Below are positions 50,301 through 60,325 of a DNA stretch of 64,000 bases, in pieces (position 1 is the first letter of the stretch; the number at the start of each line of letters is the position of its first letter). The notes beneath the pieces are model-generated. The model did no database searches. It worked only from the letters and a program-made list of their open reading frames with translations, and was not told the DNA's origin. A program made the translations under genes and the position numbers. Source of the DNA: Chthonomonadales bacterium (lineage in GTDB: Bacteria > Armatimonadota > Chthonomonadetes > Chthonomonadales > CAJBBX01); the NCBI GenBank assembly GCA_037443035.1, contig JBBIPC010000002.1:192001-256000 (forward strand). Reading direction: 5' to 3'.

Positions 50301-51927
50301 GAATCAGCGACATTACGAGCTCTTCCCTAATGGGATCGATGGGCGGGTTCGTCACCTGCGCGAAGAGCTGCTTGAAGTAGCTATACAGTAACTGGGGGCG
50401 GCTGGACAGGACTGCGAGAGGCGTATCGTTGCCCATGGAACCCAGAGGTTGCTCGCCATTGATGGCCATGGGTGCCATGAGGATCTTCAGATCCTCGAGC
50501 GTGTAACCGAAGGCCCGCTGTCTGTCCAGGATCGTGTCATGGTCGGCGACATGCACATTTGGTGGGTCTGGAAGATCACGGAGATCCACCTTGTTCTCAG
50601 CGAGCCACTTGCCGTAGGGCTTCCTGCGGACAATGCGGTTCTTCAGCTCTTCATCGGCAATGATCCGCCCTTCGTCGGTGTCCACCATGAAGATGCGACC
50701 GGGTTGGAGCCTCCACTTCTCGCGGATACGCTCGGGCTCGATGTCAAGGACGCCCGTCTCCGACGCCATGACGACCAGGTCGTCATGCGTCACCAGGTAC
50801 CTAGCAGGTCGGAGGCCGTTGCGATCCAAGCAAGCCCCGATTCGCACACCGTCCGTGAAGGCTATGGCTGCCGGTCCGTCCCATGGCTCCATGATGCACG
50901 CATGGTACTCGTAGAACGCCCGGCGCTCGGGATCCATATGCTCGTTGCTGCCCCATGCCTCCGGCACGAGCATCATGAGCGCATGGGCAATGTGCCGGCC
51001 ACCCATGACGAGTAGCTCCAGCGCATTGTCCAATGTGGCGGAGTCGCTTCCCACCTCGTTCACCAAGGGAATGAGCTTCCGCACATCGTCGCCGAAAACG
51101 GAGGAGCTCAACTTCGCCTGCCGCGCACGCATCCAGTTCCGATTGCCACGCAGGGTGTTGATCTCGCCATTGTGCGCGATCATACGGTAAGGATGCGCCA
51201 GAGGCCAGGTCGGGAACGTGTTGGTACTGAAGCGCTGATGGACCAGGGCAAGGGCTGTGCGCATTTCGGCGTCGGCCAGATCCAGGTAGAAACCGGTGAT
51301 CTGTCGTGCCAGAAGCAGGCCCTTATAGACGATCGTCCTCGAGGAAAGGCTACAGACGTAGAAGTCCGAGAACAGATGAAGCCCCTTGCTCTCTAGCGTG
51401 CGGAAGATGGTCTTGCGGATGACATAGAGCTTCCGCTCGAATGCAGTCCTGTCGGTGATATCGCGAGAAGACCCCACAAAGAACTGTCGAATGACGGGTT
51501 CTGTCTCGCGCGCTTTGGCGCCGATAACACTATCGTCTACCGGCACATCGCGCCAGCCGAGAAAGACCTGTCCTTCGCTGTCTACGACATGCTCGATTAC
51601 CGCTTCGCAGATCTGCCTTTCGGTGACATCACGAGGGAGGAAGACCATGCCGACTCCGTACCGGCCCGGATCCGGCAGGCGCCCGTCCAATTCCCGCTGG
51701 TACAGGCCATGGGGTATCTGCACGAGGATGCCCGCGCCATCGCCGGTCTCAGGGTCGCAGCCGCACGCGCCGCGGTGTTCGAGGTTGACAAGTATCTTGA
51801 GCGCCTGCTCTACGATTTCATGGGACGGTCGCCCCTTCATGTCCACGACGAAACCAACACCGCATGCGTCGTGCTCGAATGCAGGATCGTAGAGCCCGTC
51901 CTTGGTCGGATATGGTGATCGTATCAT
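47359..51927 (-). CDS. gltB: Glutamate synthase large subunit
   Basis: Motifs [48 protein letters not shown] and NFAAGMSGG. Confidence 0.98.
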   Translation of the reverse strand: MIRSPYPTKDGLYDPAFEHDACGVGFVVDMKGRPSHEIVEQALKILVNLEHRGACGCDPETGDGAGILVQIPHGLYQRELDGRLPDPGRYGVGMVFLPRDVTERQICEAVIEHVVDSEGQVFLGWRDVPVDDSVIGAKARETEPVIRQFFVGSSRDITDRTAFERKLYVIRKTIFRTLESKGLHLFSDFYVCSLSSRTIVYKGLLLARQITGFYLDLADAEMRTALALVHQRFSTNTFPTWPLAHPYRMIAHNGEINTLRGNRNWMRARQAKLSSSVFGDDVRKLIPLVNEVGSDSATLDNALELLVMGGRHIAHALMMLVPEAWGSNEHMDPERRAFYEYHACIMEPWDGPAAIAFTDGVRIGACLDRNGLRPARYLVTHDDLVVMASETGVLDIEPERIREKWRLQPGRIFMVDTDEGRIIADEELKNRIVRRKPYGKWLAENKVDLRDLPDPPNVHVADHDTILDRQRAFGYTLEDLKILMAPMAINGEQPLGSMGNDTPLAVLSSRPQLLYSYFKQLFAQVTNPPIDPIREELVMSLIHYIGANGSLLDEGPENCRQVRLESAVLTNAELEKIRNLDSRGFQTRTLSILFDAGAGTAGMEAALHRLCKAASQALEHGVSILILSDRGVDRDNAPIPALLAVSAVHHHLIREGTRTNVALVVETGEPREVHHFALLIGYGASAINPYLAFETLADMIRLGGYLPEDMTYEQAEYNYIKAINKGLLKTMSKMGISTLQSYRGAQIFEAVGLNEEFIDRFFSHTPSRIGGVGLETIAEETLARHRFAYPPQHIPCSLELDQGGLYKWRADGEYHQINPDTITALQRAVREDSYEWFKQFSARVNEQSEQLATLRGLLRFRQAEPVPLEEVEPIESIVRRFVTGAMSLGSISREAHETLAIAMNRLGGKSNTGEGGEDPARYHRDENGDSRRSAIKQVASGRFGVTTEYLVNADELQIKMAQGAKPGEGGELPGRKVASYIARVRHTTPGVTLISPPPHHDIYSIEDLAQLIFDLKNVNPQARISVKLVSEVGVGTVAAGVAKAHADHILISGHDGGTGASPLSSIKHAGIPWEIGLAETQQVLVKNDLRGRVVLQTDGQLKTGRDVVIAALLGAEEFGFSTAPLIALGCLMMRVCHLNTCPVGVATQDPELRKRFQGKPEHVVRYFTFVAREVREIMAQLGFRRFEEMVGRVDMLDVAPAVNHWKAAGVDLSMVLAQPQRGPNVAVRCVQPQDHGLDEAIDYHLIDACRAALEDGSAVEVEGPIRNCNRTVGTMLSGEVAKRYGADGLPDDTITIRFRGSAGQSLGAFLARGITIVLEGDANDYLGKGLSGGKIIAFPPREATFPAEENIIAGNTLLYGATNGEVYLRGVVGERFAVRNSGAKAVVEGTGDHCCEYMTGGVVVVLGKTGRNFAAGMSGGIAFVYDVDGKFRTRVNFGHGSILLERVEDEEDRDILLRLIENHYMLTGSRRAREILDGWPEILSEFYKVWSLEYRTMLAALAEGREDVDDVVQAIAGGAKHG

Positions 51928-52162
51928 CAGCTATCCAGTCGTTACTTCCAGAATGGGAAAGACGCCCTGGCCCGGAGCAGCGTCATGCCGACGTCATGTC
52001 GATACGCTGCGCACTTCCGGCCACGGGCGTCCTCGGAACCGTGCCTGCTATGGAGGTTACGAGTATACCCTGTAGTACCGATTCTACGGACAGGTTTGCG
52101 CCATGGAGGCGATCGCTCCCCTGCTCGTACAGGACGCGATGTCTGTGGCTAGGCGTCGGCGA

Positions 52163-53455
52163 TCACCGACGTGCCTTGGCAACAAGACCTGCTCGGCGAA
52201 ATGCTCTCGACGTAGCCGGATGGCTGCCGGTTAGGCGCCAAATCAGGCCGGTGCGGTAGTTCTCGATAGCGAGCAGCGCCATACCGAGATCGATGCCGAT
52301 GACGTCCTTGTCGAACCAGTTGCGGTCGAGGTTGTAGGCATTCGCGAAGCCATACCGCCCCCACATTCGCTTCCCGAGCGTCTTCCGCAGGTAGTGCGCG
52401 CTATCCAGTGCTCCGCGTGGGTCGTAGAGGATGGAAGCCAGGACGCCCGTCGGCGATAGCGTGCCGTCTTCAGGAGTTGGTACCCCGTATGCCATGTAGC
52501 CATCGGGACCATCGGACGCGTTGAGACCCCATCCGTACGGGCCGTAGCCCTTCCTGCCGGTAGGATTGTCTTTGCAGAAGAGCCGGTGGATGCGGACTGC
52601 GTCTGCCGCCGCGGAATGATAGTCAATGCCGAGACGGTCACGTCTGTCGCGCAGGTCATAGTAAGCGTGGCTCATCTGATGCCAGAAGATCGGCCCCGCC
52701 GCCAAAGTCCTGATGCCTCGGTATTCGTAGGTTCCCCGCTTCCATGCGTACCATGATTCGCTCGGCAACGGGTTTCGCCTGGCGCCTAAGCCGAGCAGGT
52801 ACAGGAAGATGTGCTCGCAGAAGGTATCCCAGTTGTTCGACAGGAAACCGGTCTCGGGCTTCCAGCCGTGGGAGAGGACGAGCTTGGCAGGCTGCGTGCC
52901 ACCGTTGGTCAGCATCCATTGCCAGTCCAGCCGATCATAGAGCTGGTTGGCAAGCGTCTCTACCTTGGTGCCGCGGAAGTACTGGCCACAGGTGAGGGCT
53001 CCAATGACGAGGAGGCCCGTGTCAATGGAGGAGACTTCGCAGCCCCATCGTCTCTGTCCCGTAGCCCAATCCACGAAGTGATAGAGCCAACCATGCTTGT
53101 GGGGCATCTTCAGGACGTATCGGAGCGTTCGCTCGGCCCGGGCGATGGCGTCCTGGCGCTCGATCCAGCCTCGTTCCACGCCAATGGGAAGGGCTGCCAG
53201 CCCATAGCCGGTAGCCGCGATGGAGGCCACATCGTAGCTGTCCCTGCCCGAGTTGGATGCGCGGTCTCGAACAAGACCGGTGCGCGGATGGGCACACTCG
53301 ACGAAGAACAGCACAGCCCTACGCTGGACTTCGTCCAGGAGCTGGCGATCAGACGCAACAGAGGACGTAGGGGGGCCGCCGTACGACGGCCCCAGCTGCA
53401 GTGCCGCCGCCAACGTGGCGAGGAGGTTGACCACATAGCGGCGGCTCTGTCTCAT
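52163..53455 (-). CDS. GH144 / 'glucoamylase' (DUF2329) family, probable endo-beta-1,2-glucanase
   Basis: Motifs [44 protein letters not shown] and [16 protein letters not shown]. Signal-like N-terminus, and ATGA overlap with DUF1559 copy 3. Confidence 0.85.
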   Translation of the reverse strand: MRQSRRYVVNLLATLAAALQLGPSYGGPPTSSVASDRQLLDEVQRRAVLFFVECAHPRTGLVRDRASNSGRDSYDVASIAATGYGLAALPIGVERGWIERQDAIARAERTLRYVLKMPHKHGWLYHFVDWATGQRRWGCEVSSIDTGLLVIGALTCGQYFRGTKVETLANQLYDRLDWQWMLTNGGTQPAKLVLSHGWKPETGFLSNNWDTFCEHIFLYLLGLGARRNPLPSESWYAWKRGTYEYRGIRTLAAGPIFWHQMSHAYYDLRDRRDRLGIDYHSAAADAVRIHRLFCKDNPTGRKGYGPYGWGLNASDGPDGYMAYGVPTPEDGTLSPTGVLASILYDPRGALDSAHYLRKTLGKRMWGRYGFANAYNLDRNWFDKDVIGIDLGMALLAIENYRTGLIWRLTGSHPATSRAFRRAGLVAKARR

Positions 53456-54243
53456 CGTGTGGTCGCTCGAAGCGTGGTGCAGAAGGTATCGAGCCAGGAG
53501 AGGTCCATCCCACCAAAGACCATGTTGTTCGGGTTGTACATCCACATGTTCGTGCCGTCGGGATTGCTGGGCGTGCAAGTGGCCTCGTAGCTGGTCCACT
53601 TCGAGTGCCCATCCATGAACGTGATATTGGCCGCACGGTCGGTGCCGCGGTGCCGTGCCCCCCAGTTCGCTCCTGCCGAACCCCAGTCAGGATCGTAGGC
53701 CATCCAGGGGCCGTAATCTGCCCAGATGTCCTTGTGCTCACCGAAGAGGATGGAGTTCGCCGGATAGTCGAACCCCGCCTCGGCGTACTTGAAGCCTGAC
53801 CACCAGTCACCTGAACCGACCGCGGCGCTGGACTTGAAGAACGCATTGTAGTAGAAGTAGGAGCGGACCGTCTTCGGCACCGTGGGATCGTACCAGGACT
53901 CGGCTGACTCATCGAGGGTGTTTCCGGCAGGATTGCTCGGGCACTTGAAGAGCTGCAAGTTCTTGATGTACGGCTGGAGGAGGTGCTTCCAGTTGCCCAG
54001 ACAGCCGTTGGGACCGAAGTTCCGGCGGATCATCAAGGTCTCGTCGTAGTCCTGACTGTACATTCTCGCCGCAGTGCCGAACTGCCGCGTGTTGGAGAGG
54101 CAGGAGATCAGTCGAGCCGACTCGCGTGCTTGCGCGAATACTGGGAAGAGAATTGCTGCCAGGATGGCGATGATGGCAATCACCACCAGCAGCTCGATGA
54201 GAGTGAACCCGCCCCAACGGGGCTGTGCCTTGCCGTAGCGCAT
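53452..54243 (-). CDS. Prepilin/DUF1559 protein (copy 3, H-X12-DG variant)
   Basis: [52 protein letters not shown] and [24 protein letters not shown]. Confidence 0.92.
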   Translation of the reverse strand: MRYGKAQPRWGGFTLIELLVVIAIIAILAAILFPVFAQARESARLISCLSNTRQFGTAARMYSQDYDETLMIRRNFGPNGCLGNWKHLLQPYIKNLQLFKCPSNPAGNTLDESAESWYDPTVPKTVRSYFYYNAFFKSSAAVGSGDWWSGFKYAEAGFDYPANSILFGEHKDIWADYGPWMAYDPDWGSAGANWGARHRGTDRAANITFMDGHSKWTSYEATCTPSNPDGTNMWMYNPNNMVFGGMDLSWLDTFCTTLRATTR

Positions 54244-54350
54244 TGTGTTGCCTTCTCCTTTGATGGTGTGTGCACGATCCACAGACCCTCTCGGATCGGG
54301 GTCGTGGTCTTGCGCAGTTGCTGCACTTTCACGTGCCAAGAGCGAATGTC

Positions 54351-54551
54351 CTAACGTGGCGTAATCGGTGCCGAGACGCCCGGGTTCCGCCCTGGTATCT
54401 CTCCCGGCTTCATCGGTCGCCCCAGCCCTGCCTCCTTCGGCGAACGGAGGCCGCTGGGTACGGCCCACATCTTCCAGACACCAAGACCAATGGCAGCCAG
54501 CAAGAGAGCAACGATCAAGACTGCCAGGCGTGTGTCAATCTCGCGTCTCAT
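54351..54551 (-). CDS. Small single-pass membrane protein, Pro/Gly-rich tail
   Basis: MRREIDTR followed by a TM helix and [15 protein letters not shown]. An alternative start at 54569 overlaps the LacI stop. Confidence 0.7.
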   Translation of the reverse strand: MRREIDTRLAVLIVALLLAAIGLGVWKMWAVPSGLRSPKEAGLGRPMKPGEIPGRNPGVSAPITPR

Positions 54552-54565
54552 GATCTCCTCCCGTT

Positions 54566-55585
54566 TCATGACGGTGCAGGACCAGTCGATTCACGTATAC
54601 AAAGGACTGGAGGAATGACGATCGAGTGGGCCTCCTCGCTGCCGTTCTCGATCATCGCCGCAAGCATCTTCATGCCCTCGGCTGCGATGAGCGGAATGTC
54701 CTGCGCCACGCTTGTCAGAGTGGGGTGCGTATGGTTGCAGAATTCCGTGGAGTCGAAGCCAATAATGGAGAGGTCCTGAGGGACGCGCAGTCCTATATTG
54801 CGCACCTCGGCCATCAGCCGGAGCGCTACATCATCCGACCACGCGAACACAGCCGTGGGTCTTGGTTCGCGAAGGAGTGCTTCGGCAACAGGAGTGAAAT
54901 CTGCCCCCGCATGCCCGGCTTCGAGAATGTGGTCGGTCCGTAGGGCGCAACCTGCATCATGCAGGGCGTTCTGGAAGCCCCGCAGCCTGTCCACTGCCGC
55001 GCTGGAGTGAGGCGATCCCGTCAGATGGAGGATATGCCGATGCCCGAGGCTCGTCAGGTACTCACCGGCGATTCTGCCACCCAGTTCATCGTCGCAGCAG
55101 GCGTAGGGCACCGTGGCATTGCGGCTGCGACTGAAGATGAGCACCGTGGGGATGGAATGCTCCACCAGCAAGTCAATGAGTGGATCGTCCCAGTCTCGGA
55201 GCAGCAGGGCTCCGTCCACACGCCCATCGGCAAGGGCTAGCGCCTCCGCCCGTACATCACTCCGTTCGCGAGTGTGTAGCAGGAGGTCCAGTCCGCACGC
55301 GTGCGCAGCATCCGCTACCCCATGCATCATTTCGGACGTGAAGCCCGACCAGCTCGAGAAGATGGAGGCGTACTGCATGACAAGCGCAACGGTGTGCGTC
55401 TTCTTGCCCGCCAGACCGCGCGCCAGAGCGTTGGGATGGTATCCCAGCTCCTCCACCGCCCTCCAGATCCGCTCCCGCGTACGAGGGCTGATGCGGACGG
55501 CGCCTGACCGATTGTTCAGGACGTACGAGACCGTGGCGATGGAAACGCCAGCTCTCTCCGCCACTTCCTTGATGGTTGCCGCCAT
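54566..55585 (-). CDS. LacI-family transcriptional regulator (copy 3)
   Basis: HTH ATIKEVAERAGVSIATVSYVLN, plus YHPNALARGL and DLSIIGFD. Confidence 0.96.
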   Translation of the reverse strand: MAATIKEVAERAGVSIATVSYVLNNRSGAVRISPRTRERIWRAVEELGYHPNALARGLAGKKTHTVALVMQYASIFSSWSGFTSEMMHGVADAAHACGLDLLLHTRERSDVRAEALALADGRVDGALLLRDWDDPLIDLLVEHSIPTVLIFSRSRNATVPYACCDDELGGRIAGEYLTSLGHRHILHLTGSPHSSAAVDRLRGFQNALHDAGCALRTDHILEAGHAGADFTPVAEALLREPRPTAVFAWSDDVALRLMAEVRNIGLRVPQDLSIIGFDSTEFCNHTHPTLTSVAQDIPLIAAEGMKMLAAMIENGSEEAHSIVIPPVLCIRESTGPAPS

Positions 55586-55594
55586 GCACGCCTG

Positions 55595-55655
55595 CCGAAC
55601 CGATTAAGGTTAAACGCTTCAGCACCATTATACATACCGATTCGCGGCTTGTCAA
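55595..55655 (-). promoter_or_regulatory. LacI-3 consensus promoter with two tandem operator-like sites
   Basis: Minus strand TTGACA-17nt-TATAAT (55627-55655), followed by CTGAAGCGTTTAAC and CTTAATCGGTTCGG, which are LacI-like with a central CG. Confidence 0.75.
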
Positions 55656-55878
55656 GGAGTCCTTCGAAAATCGTGTCCCGGTGCCACAAGAGGCGGCTAA
55701 CGCCTGTGGCCGTAAGGAGAGACGCAGCTGCTTTGGCAGAGCTACGCAATCAGCGGATGGAATGGGGGGGCAGAGCAGAAGTGTCGAAAGGGCGTCGATC
55801 GTGGCTTGTGCCTACTCCTCAGGGCCGCCTGAGACAACACGGTTCGATAATGGGGGGACAGTGCTCCGTACGCGGCAC

Positions 55879-56664
55879 TCACTCCGGTGGGTACGCGGGA
55901 ACCCCGCATGCAAGGTAACCACCGTCTACGGCGATGGTCTCGCCCGTTATGTACGCCGCCGCAGGAGAGCAAAGGAATATCGCCGCGCCCACGACCTCCG
56001 CAGGTTCTCCAAAACGGCCAAGTGGAGTGTGGTTGCGGAACCACTTGCCCCGAGGCGTTCCCTCGATGAGCGCACGGTTCAAGGGCGTCGGGAACACACC
56101 TGGAGCGATGGCGTTCACCCGGATGCCATGTTCGGCCCATTCTACGGCCAATACCTTGGTTAGTTCCATGACGGCCGCCTTGCTGGCACAATAGGCTGCG
56201 ACCCACGACAGCCCCACGAAGGAGGCAAGGCTGGCGATATTCACGATGGCGCCACCACCCGTATCCTTCATGAGCCGCGCCGCGGCCTGGGAACACAGAA
56301 ACGTACCCGTCAGGTTCGTGCGCAGCACACGCTCCCAGTCCACGAGGTCCATCTCGATGGCTGGCGCCTTATGAGTAACACCTGCCGCGTTGATCAGGAT
56401 GTCTAGTCGGCCGTACTCCTCGCGAACCTTGCAGAACACCTCGTCCACCGAGGCAGGATCCGACACATCCATGCTAAGCGCCTCACAGCCAGGCTGAACG
56501 GCCTGAAGGTCCGCGGTCATGGCGGCGACTTTATTGGGATCCCGCGAACCTGCGATCACCAATGCACCGGCCTCGGCAAGGCCGAGCGCGATAGCCCTTC
56601 CCAGTCCACTCGTCCCACCCGTGACCAGAGCGACCTTGCCGGTAACGTCGAATGGCTGATACAT
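55879..56664 (-). CDS. SDR-family oxidoreductase (KduD/gluconate 5-dehydrogenase-like)
   Basis: Motifs [20 protein letters not shown] and VDGG. Confidence 0.9.
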   Translation of the reverse strand: MYQPFDVTGKVALVTGGTSGLGRAIALGLAEAGALVIAGSRDPNKVAAMTADLQAVQPGCEALSMDVSDPASVDEVFCKVREEYGRLDILINAAGVTHKAPAIEMDLVDWERVLRTNLTGTFLCSQAAARLMKDTGGGAIVNIASLASFVGLSWVAAYCASKAAVMELTKVLAVEWAEHGIRVNAIAPGVFPTPLNRALIEGTPRGKWFRNHTPLGRFGEPAEVVGAAIFLCSPAAAYITGETIAVDGGYLACGVPAYPPE

Positions 56665-56752
56665 TCCCTACCCCCTTCGTTCTGACCCGGTGGTGGATGC
56701 CAGGTCCTGGGCCGAAGTGCTGCACGCCGCGAGCCACAGGCTCTGGTGCAGG

Positions 56753-58543
56753 CTACCGTACGTACTGTCCGCTGTTGCCATCGAAGATCCGGTCGCCTGC
56801 CCCCCGAGCGCGCATGGTCACTCCGTACACTTGGACCCCCAGTGTCCGCCCGTCATTGCTGCCGCGGATCACTTTGCTGGGCACCCAGCCCTTCGCGCGG
56901 ATCGTGAGCCGGAGCGTATCCCCAGCCTGCGGTGGTATGCGCACGGTTACGGTCATCTCGCCGGCTTTGGCGAACGTGGCCAGCCGCTCGCTGCCCATAT
57001 ACAGTCCACTATCAGGCGCAAGAGCAGCTTCGGGCACGCCCAAGCGCAGGGTCAGTGTATATGTGCGACCCGAGCGGATGGGTAAGATGAGCTGCCCGTT
57101 GCCGATCGTCCAACGATGCGTACGCACCTTGCCAGCAACGATGAGCCGCTCGCGTGCGTACATGTTCTCCACCCACCGTCCATCGCCTTCTTCACCAATC
57201 GTGAGCTTGTAGTGCAGTCGAGCCTCGGGCGTCCACTGAACAGGATCTTCCTCGTTCGCCAGGAGCTGGGTCCGCTTACCCGCCAGATTCTTCACGATAA
57301 TGCCGTCTGCCGACTGGTTCCCCATGAGGATGGCAGATCGGACCTTGGGGCCTACCCGCACATGTGTGCCGAAACTGCCAAACGTGCACCCCTGGACAAT
57401 GCTCGCACCACCCTCCAGATCCAGCGCAGGCGACCCAGTACCCGTGTTATTCCAATGCACGAAGTGACACGAGCTGGCGCTGAAGTTACCTGCCGTGCTG
57501 CGCATCCATACGCATCGGTCTATGGGACCCCAGAACGAGCAGTTGACCAGGCTCACCTTACCGACGACCTTCGGTCCCACCTCTAGACAAACCGAGTCCG
57601 TACTCCCCCAACGACCGACGAACTCACCGTTGGTGATGAGGAGGCCCGGATCCTGTGCTTGCTCTACGAGCACAGCGCGCCTGCACGAATCGGCACCGAG
57701 TCCCAGGAAGTTCCCATTGGTGCTGCCGGCTTTGGATTCCGAAAACTTGTATCCGACCCCGTAACCGAAACAGAACGTGTTGAATACGTAGTGCCAGTCG
57801 GTTCGCGCCAGCTCGAATGCCACCCCCTTGGTGTTGATCCAGAGGCAATAGGGGTCGTCCGGCTTGTACAGCACGCCGAACGGCCAGTAATGGACGTTCT
57901 CGATGTGGCCAATGTCGTAGCACTCGTCCACGAAGATGCCTCGCTTGATCGGGTAACCGGTGATGTTTCGCACGAGGTGGCGGTGGGCGCGGACGAGCTT
58001 GATGCCTTCATAGGGATTGACGAGGCAACAATCCTGGATGGCGACGTTCTCGGTCCCCTCCGAGCCCACGCACGGTGGGTAGGGAACTGGAGGGACATCG
58101 GTCTGCTTCCATTCCGGATACAAGATGACAACGCCCATGAGTGCGGAGCAGTTACCCGCGAGCTTGATGAACGGCGGCCCGTCCACAGTGCCGCGGCCTG
58201 CATACGCAAGCAGTACCGTGCCCTTGATCTCTTGCGCCACCGGTCTTCCGATGGTCGGCGCCATGCGGTAGGTCCCCTGCAGTGTCACGGCCGCAGGTAT
58301 GCTGAGATTGCCCTTGATGGCGTAAGTACCGGCCGGCACATGGACCACCCCTCCTCCGGCCTTCGCTGCCTCGTCCAGAGCTTTCTGGAAGGCCGCCGTG
58401 CAGTCCGTTACGCCGTCTGCCACGGCACCGGCATCCAGCACGTTCCACGATCTGTCGCCGCTCTGGGCCGCCGACAGCCTGCCGACAGCGGTGCATAGGA
58501 CGATCGCACCTCCGATGAGCCCCAGCCGCAGGTGTCTTACCAT
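56753..58543 (-). CDS. Secreted beta-helix (Pectate_lyase_3/GH28-related) protein with C-terminal beta-sandwich
   Basis: Signal peptide, then NVLDAGAVADGVTDCTAAFQKALDEA...GGGVVHVPAGTY. Confidence 0.78.
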   Translation of the reverse strand: MVRHLRLGLIGGAIVLCTAVGRLSAAQSGDRSWNVLDAGAVADGVTDCTAAFQKALDEAAKAGGGVVHVPAGTYAIKGNLSIPAAVTLQGTYRMAPTIGRPVAQEIKGTVLLAYAGRGTVDGPPFIKLAGNCSALMGVVILYPEWKQTDVPPVPYPPCVGSEGTENVAIQDCCLVNPYEGIKLVRAHRHLVRNITGYPIKRGIFVDECYDIGHIENVHYWPFGVLYKPDDPYCLWINTKGVAFELARTDWHYVFNTFCFGYGVGYKFSESKAGSTNGNFLGLGADSCRRAVLVEQAQDPGLLITNGEFVGRWGSTDSVCLEVGPKVVGKVSLVNCSFWGPIDRCVWMRSTAGNFSASSCHFVHWNNTGTGSPALDLEGGASIVQGCTFGSFGTHVRVGPKVRSAILMGNQSADGIIVKNLAGKRTQLLANEEDPVQWTPEARLHYKLTIGEEGDGRWVENMYARERLIVAGKVRTHRWTIGNGQLILPIRSGRTYTLTLRLGVPEAALAPDSGLYMGSERLATFAKAGEMTVTVRIPPQAGDTLRLTIRAKGWVPSKVIRGSNDGRTLGVQVYGVTMRARGAGDRIFDGNSGQYVR

Positions 58544-58736
58544 GCGCACAGTTCGGTCCCTCCCATCTCCTCGTATTTCCCTGTCAAAGCGATTCGACCG
58601 ATCGTTCCGTGGCTCCTGCCGGCCACGAAGATCCAACCTCCTTCGCGTCGTGCTAAGCTATTCGCCAGAAATCGAGCAGAATGCGCTATCGTTGGTCCAC
58701 GGACAGTACGATGGAGGCGCACGGAGAAGGACGTGT

Positions 58737-59117
58737 ATGGAGACTACCGTAAGCAAAGCTCAGGTCATCCTGGTGGTCATGATTTCGGTGCTATGTGTTT
58801 CTGTCGGCGAGACCCTCTTGTCCGCCGGTATGCGGCAGGTCGGTAGAGGCGGGCACGATGGGCTTCGTTTTCTGCTCGCGGCACTGTCGAGCTGGCACGT
58901 CCTGCTGGGCACGCTGCTCATGATGGCGTTCTTCGCGCTCTATGCCCTCGCCCTAGCATGGGCGGACCTGAGCTTCGTCCTACCTCTGACGGCCGTTAGT
59001 TACGTGACAGGGGCGCTCTTCGCCCAGGTTTTTCTCCATGAACCGGTCTCCCTGACCCGCTGGCTTGGCGCCATCATCATCACGCTGGGGGTTGTCGTCG
59101 TCGGCAAGGGAGGATGA
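58737..59117 (+). CDS. Small DMT/EamA-family (ArnE/F-like) membrane protein
   Basis: Four TM segments, with ADLSFVLPLTAVSY and LHEPVSLTRWLG. Confidence 0.8.
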   Translation: METTVSKAQVILVVMISVLCVSVGETLLSAGMRQVGRGGHDGLRFLLAALSSWHVLLGTLLMMAFFALYALALAWADLSFVLPLTAVSYVTGALFAQVFLHEPVSLTRWLGAIIITLGVVVVGKGG

Positions 59118-60247
59118 GGACAGCAGCGTTCGGCCTGGTCCTGTGTCTGGTCGCCAGCGGATGGGTCTACTGGGCTCTGGCGGTTTGGGCGGCTGAACGC
59201 TGGAGGCGCCAGCGGCACCCAGAATCGGCCCCGGAAGCAGGGGCTTCCATTCTCAAGCCTCTCTGCGGCGTGGATCCGGAGCTGCAACAGAATCTTGCGT
59301 CGTTCTGCACGCAGGACTATCCTCGATACGAGGTGCTGTTCGTAGCCGAGACTGGCGACGACCCGGCGCTCGCCATTGCCGAGAGGGTGGCTGCTGAGCA
59401 CCCGAGTTGCGAAGCGCGGCTGCTGAGCGGCAGTCCTTCGCTCGGCGCCAATCGCAAAGTCAACAACCTCGCATTCGCCGCGCGTCATGCCCGGTACCCA
59501 CTCGTCGTCGTCAGTGACAGTGACATGCGCGTTACGCCGGACTACTTGAGACACGTCACAGCGCCTTTCGCCGATGCAGACGTCGGCGTTGTTACATGCC
59601 TGTACCGTGCGCATCGGCCCCGTGGTCTAGGGGCATATCTCGAGGCGCTGGGTATCGGTGCGGAGTTCATCCCGAGTGTGCTCGTCGAGTGGCTGCTGGA
59701 AGGGCCCCGCTTCGGCTTTGGCTCCACGATCGTTGTGCGGCGGACCGTCCTGGACAGGCTGGGCGGCTTCGAAGCCATCGCTGACGAGCTTGCCGATGAC
59801 TACCGGCTTACCGAAAGGGCCCGTCAGGTCGGAGCGAAACAGGTACTTCCTAACTACGTCGTGGACTATGTGCCAGGCAGTCAGACGGTGAGCGCGGTGA
59901 CAGAGCGACGTCTCCGATGGGCCCGCACGATACGGAGCCTTCGCCCGGTCGGTGCGCTGGGAGCCGTTGTGACACATGTGTTCGTGCTATCAGCGCTGCT
60001 ACCGCTGCTTCGATGGGATCCGCGGTGCTTCTGGTTCCCTGTGGCAACGTTCGTGTGGCGGAGTGCTTGTGCCTCTTGGATTGCGGTACGTTGCGTCCAC
60101 GACAGAAACGTGCCTCGTCTCCTGTGGCTTCTCCCCTTGCATGACTTCTGGAGTTTCGGCATCTGGTCGGCAAGCCTATGGGGTAGGAACATCACGTGGA
60201 GAGGGCACAAGATGGCTTTCGGCAGAGGCGGAAGGCTCGTAAGGTAG
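59114..60247 (+). CDS. hpnI: GT2 HpnI / ceramide-glucosyltransferase-like protein
   Basis: Motifs SILKPLCG, QDYP, GANRKVNNL, SDSD, VTCLY, LADDY, LRWARTIR and ITWRG. Confidence 0.8.
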   Translation: MRTAAFGLVLCLVASGWVYWALAVWAAERWRRQRHPESAPEAGASILKPLCGVDPELQQNLASFCTQDYPRYEVLFVAETGDDPALAIAERVAAEHPSCEARLLSGSPSLGANRKVNNLAFAARHARYPLVVVSDSDMRVTPDYLRHVTAPFADADVGVVTCLYRAHRPRGLGAYLEALGIGAEFIPSVLVEWLLEGPRFGFGSTIVVRRTVLDRLGGFEAIADELADDYRLTERARQVGAKQVLPNYVVDYVPGSQTVSAVTERRLRWARTIRSLRPVGALGAVVTHVFVLSALLPLLRWDPRCFWFPVATFVWRSACASWIAVRCVHDRNVPRLLWLLPLHDFWSFGIWSASLWGRNITWRGHKMAFGRGGRLVR

Positions 60248-60325
60248 GATGGATGTTCTGCCTGGCAGGAATGTATGGAGAGCATGCGGAATGGGCTCGC
60301 AGGAATGCGCAGTAGGAGGAACAGG

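Noticed and set aside
30853..54243. Diversity-generating retroelement or recombinational pilin antigenic variation
   Set aside because: There is no reverse transcriptase, template/variable repeat pair, recombinase or silent cassette. Each pilin has its own SD and intact frame, with synonymous divergence in the stem.
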